Below are positions 49,384-61,767 of a stretch of DNA of 61,767 nucleotides, piece by piece. The DNA lies in NCBI GenBank assembly GCA_012026655.1, contig JAAILG010000218.1, forward strand, positions 62,001-123,767, written 5' to 3'. The notes below the pieces were generated by a model, which did no database searches, was not told where the DNA came from, and saw only the letters and a program-made list of their open reading frames with translations. How positions within the stretch are numbered: position 1 is the first letter of the stretch; each line of letters opens with the position of its first letter. The DNA is from Hydrolagus affinis. Lineage: Eukaryota. The position numbers were made by a program, and so were the translations under genes.

Positions 49384-52300
49384 GACAATTGAGAGGTGAT
49401 GCATCAAAGGGTGGACAAAACACCATTCTGTGCATCACCTAGGGATCTCTGTTGTTACTGATTATATGATATGGGCACCCTCCAACTGCACAAAGAGACA
49501 CCGTTATTTCTGAGGAAGAGTTTTAGTTTCTCTTTAAACTTTCAAGAAAGATGTTGGGGGAAGAACTTTCTCCTTGGTCTAGATTTTCTCTATTTATGTA
49601 GCATTTATGTAACATGTGGCATTACTGAATTCAGCCGAAACTTTGAAGTCATTACCTGATGTTCTTAAAGAAATTTACAGCAAAACAGCTTCAAAATTAA
49701 GGATGTGTTTAAGAATTTTCCAAATATGGGATATTCTCAAATGCAGCAAAACATTGGGTCAAACTAGACTCAGGCACATTTTCTCCACAATATTACATAA
49801 TTATACACTACAGCATGGAAACTATATAAAAAAGGATGCATCTCGACAACTTTGTCAGGCACTTTCTGATCTATCCTATACTTTAATTTGTACAATGAGC
49901 ATAGGTCCTGCAGTGTGATTTGTGATATTAATTCACCAATGAAAATGTTTACAATCATCATCAGAGATCTGATTTGCAAAGCTTTTTTTTTCCACATACC
50001 ATCTTTCACTAAGAGGAAAAATTCTGGAGGAAAATATAATTGCTCCAGTAATTAAAAATTGATAACAGGGTTTGAAATGAAATAGATGAACTATAGAGGT
50101 TTATATATTCATTCAGAAGAATTGAATTAATTGAGCTTCTTGTTGAATTAAACACATCACGACAGAAACGCTTGTGTACAAAATACACAGTGACTTTATA
50201 CTAAATCCTGTGAAGTGCTTTATGTCACCCACCTAATGGGAAAGTGCTATATCAAATGCAAGTATTATTATTATTATATTTTTATCAAACCACAGAGTTC
50301 CTAGTCTGTTGGAATAGACAGTGGAAATAGCTATACGTACAAATAAATAAGGAATAATTAAGCAATGCTATGTATGATTTTAATCATTCGATATAAAATT
50401 AGAGGTGAAATGAGGCTACAATACCTCATTTGTCTTGGTAAGCTTTGATTATTTCCCAGTGATAATTGTAATGGGGATTTCAGTAATATGTGTGTACTTA
50501 CACTGAGTACTAAAGAAGCACTACCATTACACATTGTTGTCCCTCTAGGTTAGATGACAAATGCCTGGGGCAAAATTACCATCAAAGCATGTGACAAGCT
50601 CAGCACATCTCTTTGGAGCTTCTTCTGGATAATGGACACTCTTTTCAAAAGGGCATTGTCAATGAAAGAGAATTTAAGCAAATAATTTAACATAAGGACA
50701 ATGCTCTTGCTATCATTATGTCATCCAGATCGGTATTCTTCAGTTCAGCTATTCATCTGTATACAGCATCGGTATTAATGTTACATTTATGAGCACTGCA
50801 GGCTCCAAGTTTGTAAATAGCTTGTGACAGACCAGCAATGCATTATCGAGTCAAAGTTTGCAGTTCAAGCAGCAGGTGAAAGTCTTAGCCCTTGATTATT
50901 ACAAATGAGGTTCAACTTCACATGACAATTGACTTGTAGAAAAAATAAGAAAAGAAATGCTGTACTTTAGGCTTCAACTAATTATCACGTGCATCCAATG
51001 CATTCATTCAGCAAACATTATCAATGTGGAAATAAATCATATCTGATATATAGTATTCAAATAATTTTATAATACATTAAAAAGACAAACAGGAAAGATT
51101 ATCCCAATGTTCAGAAATCAAACCTTGTTAAAGTTCCAGAACGCAATCTCTATTTAAGGAACAAAATGCTCCATCATCTTATAGAGTAACTTCATAGATT
51201 CTGAATGTTACAGTGAGAAAAGAATATGTGTCTTTCCTAATTTTAGTTGATACCACAGCTGTTTATATCTTTTCGACCATGCTTTCGGTCATCTTTCCTC
51301 CACGCAATCAACCTTACTCCAGTTCAAGTGCCTACTGCACTTTGAGATGCCCTCCTGTTTTCATACATTTTAAAATTGTTTATCAGTGCACTATGATTCT
51401 GGTATAATCAATTATTAGCAATAAAGCTGCAAACTTTATAAAATGCATATTTTGCATACTATATTTTCTAAGCAATGTCTGCTTTATGATGATGCACTAT
51501 ATCAAATACTGTACAAGGATTATTATAATTAATACCTACTTGTGTGCAGCAGCAAATGCAAGGAATAGTACAATTTGAGCAAAACCAAAAGTCCTGGAGA
51601 GAGAAGCACAGGCAAAAGAATATGAAAGTGTTTCACATGTGGGCGGAAGGACGTGAGCAACAGATGACATTTAGATTCTCAATTAATTTTTCGTCTCCCA
51701 CAGATATGAGATTGTATTTTTGATTTAAATCATGCATATATGAGATATGATATTGGATCAATGTGAAGAGTACTGGTTTATTTCCTTCCTTAAGTAACAT
51801 GTCGTGATAGAGTTTTTTTTTTAAAAAAAGGAAAAGGAGAGAGAAACTGATTCATTTGATCCCTGAAACATGCAGAAAATCTGCAGTGTTTTCCAGTAGC
51901 ACAATCTAATAGTCTATAACCAGGATTTACAGAATCTAACCATTCACTTGGAACATGACTGAATACAAATGCAAAACAACACAGTGAGGGAACTGACTGA
52001 AAATTATTTCTCAAAGAGAAAATGATTAGCCAATTTTTAAAAGTAAAGCAAAATCTAACAAGAAGTATCAAATAATATTTTCTCTGTGATAGTGTTTAAG
52101 TGAATAGGTACAATCAACAAGGTGCTTTCTGCAAACTCTTGGATGCACAATGCTCTACTACTTTGTTACTGCAGCTATGGAATTTAATTTAAAGTAAGAT
52201 CTTGCACTAGAATGTCTGCAGAAATTCTGATTATTCTCCTTGAGGTGTATGATATGTGTAAAATAATAAATTACTAAATAAACCTTTAAAATGCTTTTTA

Positions 52301-55300
52301 ATATCAAACTATTAATACAGTAGCTTGTGGATAAAAATGCAAACATTTATAGCATCTGATTTGTACATAATAAAGCCATAACAAAGTTTCATTTCCTCTC
52401 ACATTATTATGCAATTGTAAACATGTAGTTCTTGTACTGAACTGGAATGCCAATATCTAAACATAATAATAATAATCCTTGCATTTGATATAGCATCTTG
52501 TCATGTTGTTGAGACATCTATAAGTGCTTCACAGAATATACTGTATGTAAAGTAGATTGACAGTATTTCTAGGTGAAACATGTTTAGTTGGCTGGTCTAT
52601 TGATTGAATGAACATGCATGAAAAGATCAACGGTTTTCTAAGTTTAGAAAGAAATATTTTAGCAAAAGTTTTGTTAAAACTCATTTTCAAAGGATTAAAA
52701 AAATTATAAAATGCTGTTCAAAATGTTTAGTTTTTAAACTATGAGTTTTTATTTTTTAATAAAATTTCATATTATTTTTTTAATATAAATCTCTGTTTCC
52801 TCTGTTCTATGTAGACAAACTACACGGAACAGTAAAAGGAGAGAAATTCCTAAATTGGCATGTACACAATAGAATACATAATATTCGCAAAGTAGAGATG
52901 TTAGTGGTGGTTTTGCACATAGCACCTGACAAACTAGAACTTGGACATTTATTCGTGCTTCACATATAATGCAGGCTCTGAGATAGTTGACATAGCCTGT
53001 ATGTTCACCTCTGTCCTTTTTGGCCAAATTCATCCCTCAGGAATCACACACTGATCAGTTATAATTTCCTTAAATGGTGAAGAACCAGCAAGACTATATT
53101 CTCTAAGGTACATTATCTCACAACCCAACAATGCAGGTTTATTCCCCCAGATTCTCTCAGGATATAGAGACTTGCATGCTCGCAGGCATGTTAAGATGAC
53201 TGGGAATAGGTTGACCAGTTGAATCTCTTATTTCAGCCCCAGAATTGAAGGCAAGGTAACCGGTCCCAAGTAGATCTAATCTACTGAACTACAAAAGGAT
53301 TGCCTTAGGCTTTGGGTCACCACTTGTACAACAAAAACAGACAACTCAAATCTCCAGTGGTTGACAGAGGTGTTAAAAAATAAGCCAACTTAGATCCTAT
53401 GTTTTCAGGTTCCACAACTATATTAGTACATGGAGGAATTGTTATTATTTTAGAGAACTTACATCAGCTTGTAATGATGACAGCTCTGTTGATTTGGAAG
53501 CTTTCCGCTAAGTACCTTTGTCCCCACATTTATTCTGATCCATACAAGTTTCTTTGGACATAAGTGATGGATAGAGAATTTTTAATACAAGTCCAGTGTT
53601 TTTGCCCCACATATCCCTTTACTCTATGTCCCTTTATCACAAGGGAAATATGCCAGGAAATATGTTAGGAAAAGATGTTGAAGGAGATGAATGCCAAGAT
53701 TAAAATAAACTTGACATTTCAATAGAAAAGTTTTTGAACAGGTGAATCAAACTGTCCAAACAGTCTCTGATGAGTGAACATTATCCTCCCTTGTTTCATA
53801 AGAATGCATTGTATCGTGGGTTTTATTTGTAAAGTCATACATATGTTGTCTTTTCTATCATCAAGTCTGTTTTATACTATGTACTCTGCAGACTTGTCAT
53901 AACTATGTATGAGACGCACATTCATCTTTTAAGATGGAAACTACCCTGTCCCAGGATTCAAAGCATTGCATGTTCAAGGATACTGCCTCTTTATAATTAG
54001 ATTGTATTGGGCATGCCATTGATGACATTTGTGTATGTGGATATACATGCATGCATAGCATGAACGTGGAATGCTTACATAAACTTTGAAATAAGACATT
54101 GACTGGCATACATACCACTCTTTACAGAAATTGGTATAAGCTGTCCAGAAATTTGTGATAAAACCTGTTAATTCTAATCCTCCGAAGGTTTCAGAAATCC
54201 TTCTTTGTCGATGTTTACTGTGTTGCGATCTGGAATAATTTGCATTCACTCATTTACCACTGCAATGAGTTTGTGCATTTGTAGTAAACAAAACACTGGA
54301 GTTTTATCAAAAACTACATGGATGTTAATTTTAGTAAATACATTTAAAGGGGCACCAAATAATTATACATTTGCTTAAGGCTACGTTGCACAAACACAGC
54401 TCAAAAATATTCAATATATATTCAGTTTACTCATTTCCATTACTTTCTTTCATTATTTTTGGGAGGGTTGTATCAGTTTTTTTGAAAAAAATAACTGATA
54501 TATTCTTTGGTTATAACCTTTGGCTTAATGAGGCACTGGGATGTTCTGAGAATATGTAAACAGACAAAATAAAGAATGCATGCAAATCGTAGCCAGGTGC
54601 TGAGAGTGACATGATGCCAATTAATCAAAGCAAGTCGGCAGGCTTGTCACATTCAATGTAATTCACATGGTTCTCAGACATTTCCGTGCTTATTAAAACC
54701 CGAGGCATTCCAAAGAACTCTGCCTTGAAAACATTTGCCAGAGGCATTGCTGCTCACAACCTGCCCACAGGTTTCACTACTTTAGACCTGCCATGTCAGG
54801 AATGAACCCTATCCCCACTGGTACAGTAGCCTATCAGGAAACGCCACAGATTCAGAGCAGGTTATTAATGAGGTCAATGCCAATGAGCTGATTCCCACAT
54901 GTTTATGGGTGAAGAGAAGAGGAGCAGACAGATAGTTCTGCAGTGAAGGGTTAAAAACAATCTACCATCCAAAGTTCAAAGCATTGTTGGGCATTCAAAC
55001 TATCACCTACAAGTACACAGTCACTACATTTTACAGTAAATCTTGTGAAGTGCTTTGAGATGCTTTGTTGACATGAAAAGTTACCTTATGAAATGTCATT
55101 ATTTGTATTTTAATATAAAGTTACCTTTATTGATTGCAGGGGTTTCATCAGTTTTCAGCCATGCAAATTAATTTCAGTGTTACATGTTCCTTTAGAAAGG
55201 TCAGCGTTCGGGAAAAGAACCTGATTCTTGTTTGTTTCAGAATCAAGTCCCTTGCGAGAGAGCAGAGATGGGGGTACATTCCTCACAGATTTTCTATGAA

Positions 55301-55334
55301 CTGCAAAAGAAAAGCCAGCTAAAAACGTTGTGAC

Positions 55335-55530
55335 TATCTGCATCCATCTCCACATTTACACAGTTCAACCCTGGCTTGCTTTCCTCCACTGACAATATTC
55401 CCTCCCTCTCTCCCTGTCTCCCACCATGCTCTTGCAGTACAGATATTGATGAGCCCTTGAAACATTTGTTTATCTCAGCCTGCGTCTATCCCTATAACCT
55501 CCAAAATGATACAAGCTAGTATCTAATACT
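55335..55530 (+). mobile_element. Very old L2 ORF2 relic
   Basis: Decayed match to the L2 PHI....AFFHL.NI..L.PCL...AETLIHAFI...STL.KLQLV.N segment (CACATTTACACAG..TTCCTCCACTGACAATATT..GAGCCCTTGAAACATTTGTTTATC..ACCTCCAAAATGATACAAGCTAGTA). Confidence 0.45.
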
Positions 55531-57943
55531 CTTTCTGGAGTCATCATTGAGCAGTCATTTTAAGCTTTGCTGATGTTTACTGTGCAACCATTGGGAGTAA
55601 TGGAGACATATTGGAATTGTATGTATTTTGTATGCAACCTATACATATATAGACATTTATTAGTTCAAGCGTGAAAACAATCAAAATAAAGGTACCGTCT
55701 TCTAATTACTATATTCTAGAGTAATCAATCTTGAAGAGCGTTTCAGACAGAGTTCCTCTGAGTAATAAACAATCAGAAATATGGGAATAAAAAAAATCCC
55801 ATCCATTAACATTTGAAAGGTCTTCAAAGAATTCATGCAATTGTACAAAGGAGAAGAATTAAGCTTCAATAGAAAATGTGTATTCACAATCTTTGCATTT
55901 CATGCTCCCCAACTAATGTCTTGGACTCTGATGAAATTTGTAAAACGCAGGCAGGAGATTAAAGTGAAGTATTGCATTTTAAAATAATTTTAGGCCTATT
56001 AAAATCTAGCATGCAAAGCCCATCCAGAACAAAGTCTTGTATCTCCATAATGTTTCCAGCCTTTTTTTTTCATTATTTTTAATCCCTGAACATGAAAAAA
56101 AAAGCACTTAAACTTTTGAAATCTTAGCTTTCACATTTTCTTCAAGACCGAAAAAGTTCAAGGTATCAAGTGTTATTTTCTTAGCCAATTGCAGAGTGCT
56201 TCATGGTAAAGCTAACAGACCAATTGGGGATTTCAGCAGAGGTTTCCTTTTGATGGTTTGAAGTCTGCAGAAACATGAAGCGAAGTGATGGTCCTTTCAA
56301 ATTCAAAATGAGACAGCATCTTAATCTGAATTTTCCTTCAGTGAAGTTCAAAACCATCAGACTTTAAATATTTCAGTTATTAGAATTTATTGAGGTATTG
56401 TTTATGTGAAAAGTAAATTCGGATTGTAAAAAATCAATGTTGAAGGTTTGTAATCGGCGATTTGCCTTGTGCTCACACAACATTTTTGTCTTTCGCTTGG
56501 TCGAAATACTATTTACCACAGTAAATAATCCCCATGTCGATAAACCTTTAAAACCTGGTTATTAATCTGAGTTGAATGAATGGAACAAGACTGCCTGTTA
56601 GGTATTGAAAGTTCTAAGTGGCATTACAATGGGACAAACTAAATCTATTTTCTTTCAGGGATGAATTCAGAGCCAGATACGAGTCTCCTCAAACTGAGGG
56701 CTGATGAGCAGCCATTTACCATTATGAGCCCATACCCATCAGAAGTGACATTTGGAAGACTCATTCAGATCGAGGCTAGCGTTGAGCTACATTCTCAGGG
56801 CAATGTGAGGCGTGGCATCCATGCAATTCTCAATTAATAATAATAAATTCTCTTTGTTAGGGTGTAAAATGGAGGAACAAAATGTTCCATTCTACGGAAG
56901 CATAGTGCTTAATTTGATGGAAATTTATTTTTGTTTAATTGCCTTGAATATCACACTTATAATGAGATATGTAACATATATCTCTGACAATAAATAGCCT
57001 GACAATAAATAGGTTTGATGTATTTGCCCACATCTGTAGCTACTTTTACTTCAAAAGTAGCTTCTGAACTTGAGGAATGTATTATCTTATAAATGTGGAT
57101 TTCCAGATTAAATATTCACCTGCTTTATATCCTCTATTGGTTTTCCAATGTGAAAACATTGTTTTGATAGGGACATCAAGTTATACTACAGTATATCAAT
57201 TCTATGCCCATGCAAAACATCTAAAACATATGAATTTCTTACCCTGATATGCAAAAAAGAGGGGAATTCAGCCGTGTTAGGAAAAAAACTACATTTTGAT
57301 TTGGGAACAGTACCTCTTCATTAGAAAGAGGTCTGAAATTCATTATCCACAACCCCTTGGATTCAATGGTTACTAACCAAAATTCTTAAAGTGGTTCAGT
57401 CTATTCTTTTTCTGTGCAGTAGCAATATTACGGTGGTCTGCAACACTTAAGTGTACATGTTATTGCTTGAAACTAACTTTGCACTCAGTTCAACCCTGTG
57501 CCATTACCAAATACTGTTTTTAGTTAAATAGCAATCCATTGATTAGCATAGTCTTGTTGGGGGAATATAAGTAGCACTTCTGTCTAAGCCAGTATAAACT
57601 AGAACCTGATGATTAGATTTCAGTGGCTAAACTACACCCTACCATTTAGACTGTTTGCTGTTTCCACAGCAGCAGCAATACAGAGACCACAATGTTCATG
57701 CACTCGTGAGTCAGAAATCCTAATTTGGTGCTGTTGCTTTTGAAAGGTTGTGGAGGAGGAAATTCTCAAATATAAAACAATGCCTGTTCACAGATTCCAT
57801 TCCTGTTTAACATTTCGGCTGCTTCATCCCGAGGTACAATTAACACATAGTGAACACATCCCTGACACCAATCCCAGTAGTGATGCACGTCTGCACGTCC
57901 TATTCTATCTCGAGTCTGATGGTTTACATGTTTGTGTAACTCA

Positions 57944-57985
57944 ATCACTCGCTCGCTCGCTCATCCACTCATCCACTCACTCAGC
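57944..57985. repeat. Compound (CGCT)/(CACT/CATC) microsatellite
   Basis: CACTCGCTCGCTCGCTCATCCACTCATCCACTCACTC. Confidence 0.7.
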
Positions 57986-58739
57986 TCTGCCTGATTCCAG
58001 CATCCTAGTAATTATTCCCATCGCATGTTCTCCGCAAGACAAACTCTACCATAACTTTGGCTCCAACTTGACCTAAGACTTGATGACAGGTTCTCTTTGG
58101 TTTGGTTCTGTTTGTGTGCAGCACTCCTCCAATCAGTTCAGCAGTCTCTGTTACTAACAACTACATGCAACACAGATGTTATTCACTTATTGCTGGATTA
58201 CAGATGTAATGCGCACACATGCAATTTACAACAGAGAGCTACAGACAATGGCAATTAATTGCCTTCACTTTTTCGGGGTCCACATCAGTTTCTGTGTGTG
58301 ACTGTGGGACAATTATGATTTGTCATGAACAGCATTGGAGTTTGCAAATACTGTGTCTCAATAAATAATATAATTCAGACACATTCAATCAACCTCCAGA
58401 GGTTTCCTTTATGGCTGAAGCTGTGCCAAATAACGGAGATGCATTTTGAACCATCTAAGATTGATGACTGTGCTGTAATCAGAGATGACACGCCTCTGTA
58501 ACCCTAGTCAGAAAGGCTAAGGAAATCTAAACAGACAAAATACAGGACCATTTGTCATTCAACAAAGAAATTCACTCCGGGATGCTATCTGACTGCCTCT
58601 CGGTTCAGAAAACCAGAGGGGTAAAGTATTATGAATGTCGTTTCCCAACAAAAAGTGTAAAGACTGCAGGTATTTTATAGTAAAGAGAAAATAAACCTTT
58701 TTTATACAGGTGAAATCCCCATGCATTAATTTACAGCTC

Positions 58740-59070
58740 AATTCTGAAGTGCCACCATTTCTTTTCAATGTAGTTGAAGGGACGTGCAGCATTCTTGGAG
58801 ATGCTGTCCTGTGGTTGAGGTCCCTTCTGCTCACTCAGGTGGATGTTAAGGATCCCATTGTGCTATTCAAAAAGAGAAGTGAGTTTCTCCTAGTCTCTCT
58901 CCTGGTAAACTATCCCCCAGTTCAAATTTGTCATTCATTTCCATGGCTGCTTGAGGAACATTGCTGCGTGAAAATTGACTGCCATGTTTGCCTGCATCAT
59001 ATACGGTTACCACGTTCTACAGTAAAATCCTGTGTAGTTCTGAAAAGATTTTTTTCCAATGTGATAACAT
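58740..59070 (+). mobile_element. Deu-domain SINE
   Basis: GCAGCATTCTTGGAGATGCTGTC..GAGGTCCCTTCTGCTCACTCAGGTGGATGTTAAGGATCCCATTGTGCTATTCAAAAAGAG..AAAATTGACTGCC. Confidence 0.8.
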
Positions 59071-59074
59071 TGTA

Positions 59075-59421
59075 GAGCCCTGAAGCTTAGTGGTTAGAGC
59101 ACTCGCCTTCCAAGCAAGAGGACCTAGGTTCGATTCCCAGGCAAGTGAAATGAAATGTTGGGCAAGTTTTCTTACTCCACATGCCTAGCAGTAAGTAGGA
59201 ATAAGTTTACCTAGCAGTAAGCAGGAACTCAGTGATTAATCGATTGGTAAACCACTTTTCTGAGGTAATAATCCTTCAACAAAAAAAAATGTGGTCACTG
59301 CATTCATGACTGTTTGTTGAACATTGCTTTCAATACAATTTACAGTATATTTTGTGAAGCGTTTGAGACAACTCAAAGGTGTGGTAAGGCGCTAAATCAA
59401 ATGCAAGGATTATTATTATTA
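59075..59421 (+). mobile_element. tRNA/CORE-type SINE inserted in the tail of the Deu SINE
   Basis: GCTTAGTGGTTAGAGCACTCGCC (A box), GGTTCGATTCCC (B box), TTGGGCAAGTTTTCTTACTCCACATGCC with a duplicated CCTAGCAGTAAG, and tail AAGGCGCTAAATCAAATGCAAGG(ATT)n. Confidence 0.85.
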
Positions 59422-59812
59422 CATATCAAATATAAGGATTATGAAGAATAGTTGATATTGTTATCTCTGAAACTAGTTCTGTTGCTTTGCAATCTGGTAA
59501 ATGTTCTTTGACAGCATTTCTGCCACCTCCCCTTTCTCTCCAGTTTCTCCTTCACAACAACAACTTAGTTGAACAATGAGTCATTCAATTTAATCAGTCA
59601 CACTGAACGTTGGAATTCTCAGTTACAGTCCATATTTAACTTTAGGTCCCAATTACTATAATTAACAAAATGTCCCTTAACTTAACATGACATTGGAAAC
59701 ATTAAACAACAGGTTAACTGCCAGATATTACATCTTCAGAAAAATCAGTTTTTAACTTTTTTTGCCACTGCATCACAATACATTATAGGAGAATCTCTTG
59801 CCAAGAAAATCA

Positions 59813-59995
59813 AATCCTTATATTTGGTGCAGCACCTTTCACATCAGGGACATCTCAAAACACTTTGCTGGATCCACTGTGAAGCGTGGTGTATTTTGTG
59901 GCTGAATGCAAAAGACAATTTGCACACAGCAATGTCCCACAAACAGCCATGAAATGAATGATTGCTTTTATTTGTCCAAGAGCACAAGTTGATTA
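59813..59995 (-). mobile_element. Deu-type SINE 3' portion
   Basis: GCACCTTTCACATCAGGGACATCTCAAAACACTTT..CAATTTGCACACAGCAATGTCCCACAAACAGCCATGAAATGAATGA. Confidence 0.75.
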
Positions 59996-61767
59996 TCAGA
60001 TGCAACTGAATTACCTTTGACCTCACAGTAAACCTTATTCTTCATATTGACCAAGAAATGATACAATTGAGAAATATTAGTGCTAGCATTTCCGTTTTAA
60101 CTCCCTCAACTAGGGATACAATTGTAAAAAAAAATCAAGTTACACTGTAGTACACTATAAGATGATATATCCAATTTCTGCCACTCTAGTTTCCCATATT
60201 GTTTACAGACGTTGTCATTCAGATTATTCTCCCCTGGAATAATTGGCAGAAAATTGCTGGTTCCTCCATATTCCATGCTGCTAATACCATCTAAAACAAC
60301 CAAGCCAAACACATGCTGACATAAAATGAGAGAGATGAGTTTGTCAGTGGTTTCCTGGGTGAAGATGAAGCTTACAAGCAATTGTAACTGAGAATTAATG
60401 AAAGTCAAAGCATGTGAAGTACTGGAGTTCAAGTATCTGACATCACTGGGTCACGAACCTCACACCCCCAGTAGTCTAAGGTTAGTACATTATGCAAGAC
60501 ACCACTGCATCATCCAAATGCTTTAAGACAAAGGGCGTAACCAAATTCAAAAATCATTTCAGTAATTGAACAAATGACGCAAAGCACATTTTGCTGTAAT
60601 TATTATTAGTGTCTCCTTGTTTTTCTATCCTCTCTCCCCTTCCCTCATCAAGATTACTGCTTCCGTTTCCTTAGTTGAAATGATGGATGCCACACACAGA
60701 CAGTTTTAGAGCTTCTCATTAGTGGTCCTGTTAGCATATAATAACTATAATGAGCAGGTCATAAAGATCCAAAGTTAGCAGAGGGTCTTTAACCCCCTTA
60801 AATACAGATCAATTTCTTATCTCCATTTAAATTTAACGACTGTCACACAGAAGAAAAAAGCTGTAATAGATCTGACATTTGTATTACAACGCGAACACCA
60901 GTTATCCATTAGTTCAAACTTCTGGGCGAATGGCCAGTAGACAGGTAAAAGAAAAACGTCCCCAATGATGACTTCAAATGCCACTTCAAAGCCTTGGGCC
61001 TTAGAGTATAATTTACACTTAATGAAATCTAATGTCAGACAGAATCGTTTAGCCAAACATTATCAATTCAAAAGAGCAGAATACACTGTGTAAGCGAGAA
61101 CTGAAAAAGGCACAGAATTAGATACAACATTGTTCGATCTTGATGCCTTCAAAGTATACATACATGTATAAATGCCTGATTTGTCCTCATTTGAATGCTC
61201 AAATATTAAAGCTTTGCGGACGAACAGCAAGGAGAGGATCCCAACGAGACTTCCTTCTGCAAAACAGTCTCCAGTGCCAAGCAATCTCAAAGGTGGCAGC
61301 GTAAGCTGGCATTTGACCCATTCCAGCAACAGCAATTTGTGAAAGTTTCCTTAGGCACAAATTAATGCTCCACAGTCAACTCGGGCATGTTGGGTTTATT
61401 ACCGATTGTTGTCTCTGGCTGAGATTTTGCTGTAACTTATTGCTCTGCCAAAGACTCCAATTTGCCACATTAAATGGTAACAAAACCCTCAGGTGGCAAT
61501 CATTTATCAGTTTGAAGCACTTAGGGTTCCATTTTAAGATGTGAATGATTGCAGTGCCCTTTCAAAGCCCTTATTCTACTTCTGTACAACCTAGGAAGTA
61601 CTCTAATCACAAAGAATATCTGTTTCACATTCAGATACAGAGCTTACACCAAATTAGGTACACGCCAAGTATCACCTACAACTCATTGAATTGCTCTGTG
61701 ATGCAATGCTCACACAATAGGCGTGGGTTTCTGGTGGAACTGAGAAAAAAATGAGCAGTGCAATCTG

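Noticed and set aside
59075-59145. tRNA gene (also 8476 and 44083)
   Set aside because: A and B boxes are present, but the acceptor stem is not intact and the sequence runs straight into a SINE body and tail. These are SINE heads.
262-61754. The ~130 short ORFs in the track as host genes
   Set aside because: Lengths and composition fit chance ORFs in AT-rich DNA, and many start at non-ATG codons. The only recognisable ones are CR1, L2 or Penelope fragments.

Overview
AT-rich, CpG-depleted eukaryotic non-coding DNA. The repeat repertoire (CR1 and L2 LINE fragments, Deu-domain, CORE-type, LF-SINE-like and AmnSINE2-like tRNA SINEs, and a Penelope-like relic) points to a cartilaginous fish, possibly a chimaera; this is an inference. 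I could not recognise any host protein-coding exon, tRNA, rRNA or known miRNA. The only ORFs with recognisable protein similarity are broken CR1, L2 and Penelope segments. The window reads as part of a very long intron or a gene desert. The most interesting signals are: a candidate recursive-splice site (polypyrimidine-TAG|GTGAGT at 32708/32709), a 9-nt microexon-like unit (18600-18608), tail-to-tail L2-type insertions forming pre-miRNA-like or dsRNA hairpins, a ~235-bp palindromic element, ~60-bp retro-insertions consisting only of the L2 3' stem-loop, and an apparently chimeric CORE/Deu-tail SINE family. Repeat family names come from my recollection of consensus sequences, not from a database search, and boundaries are approximate. 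I found no convincing new multi-gene system.
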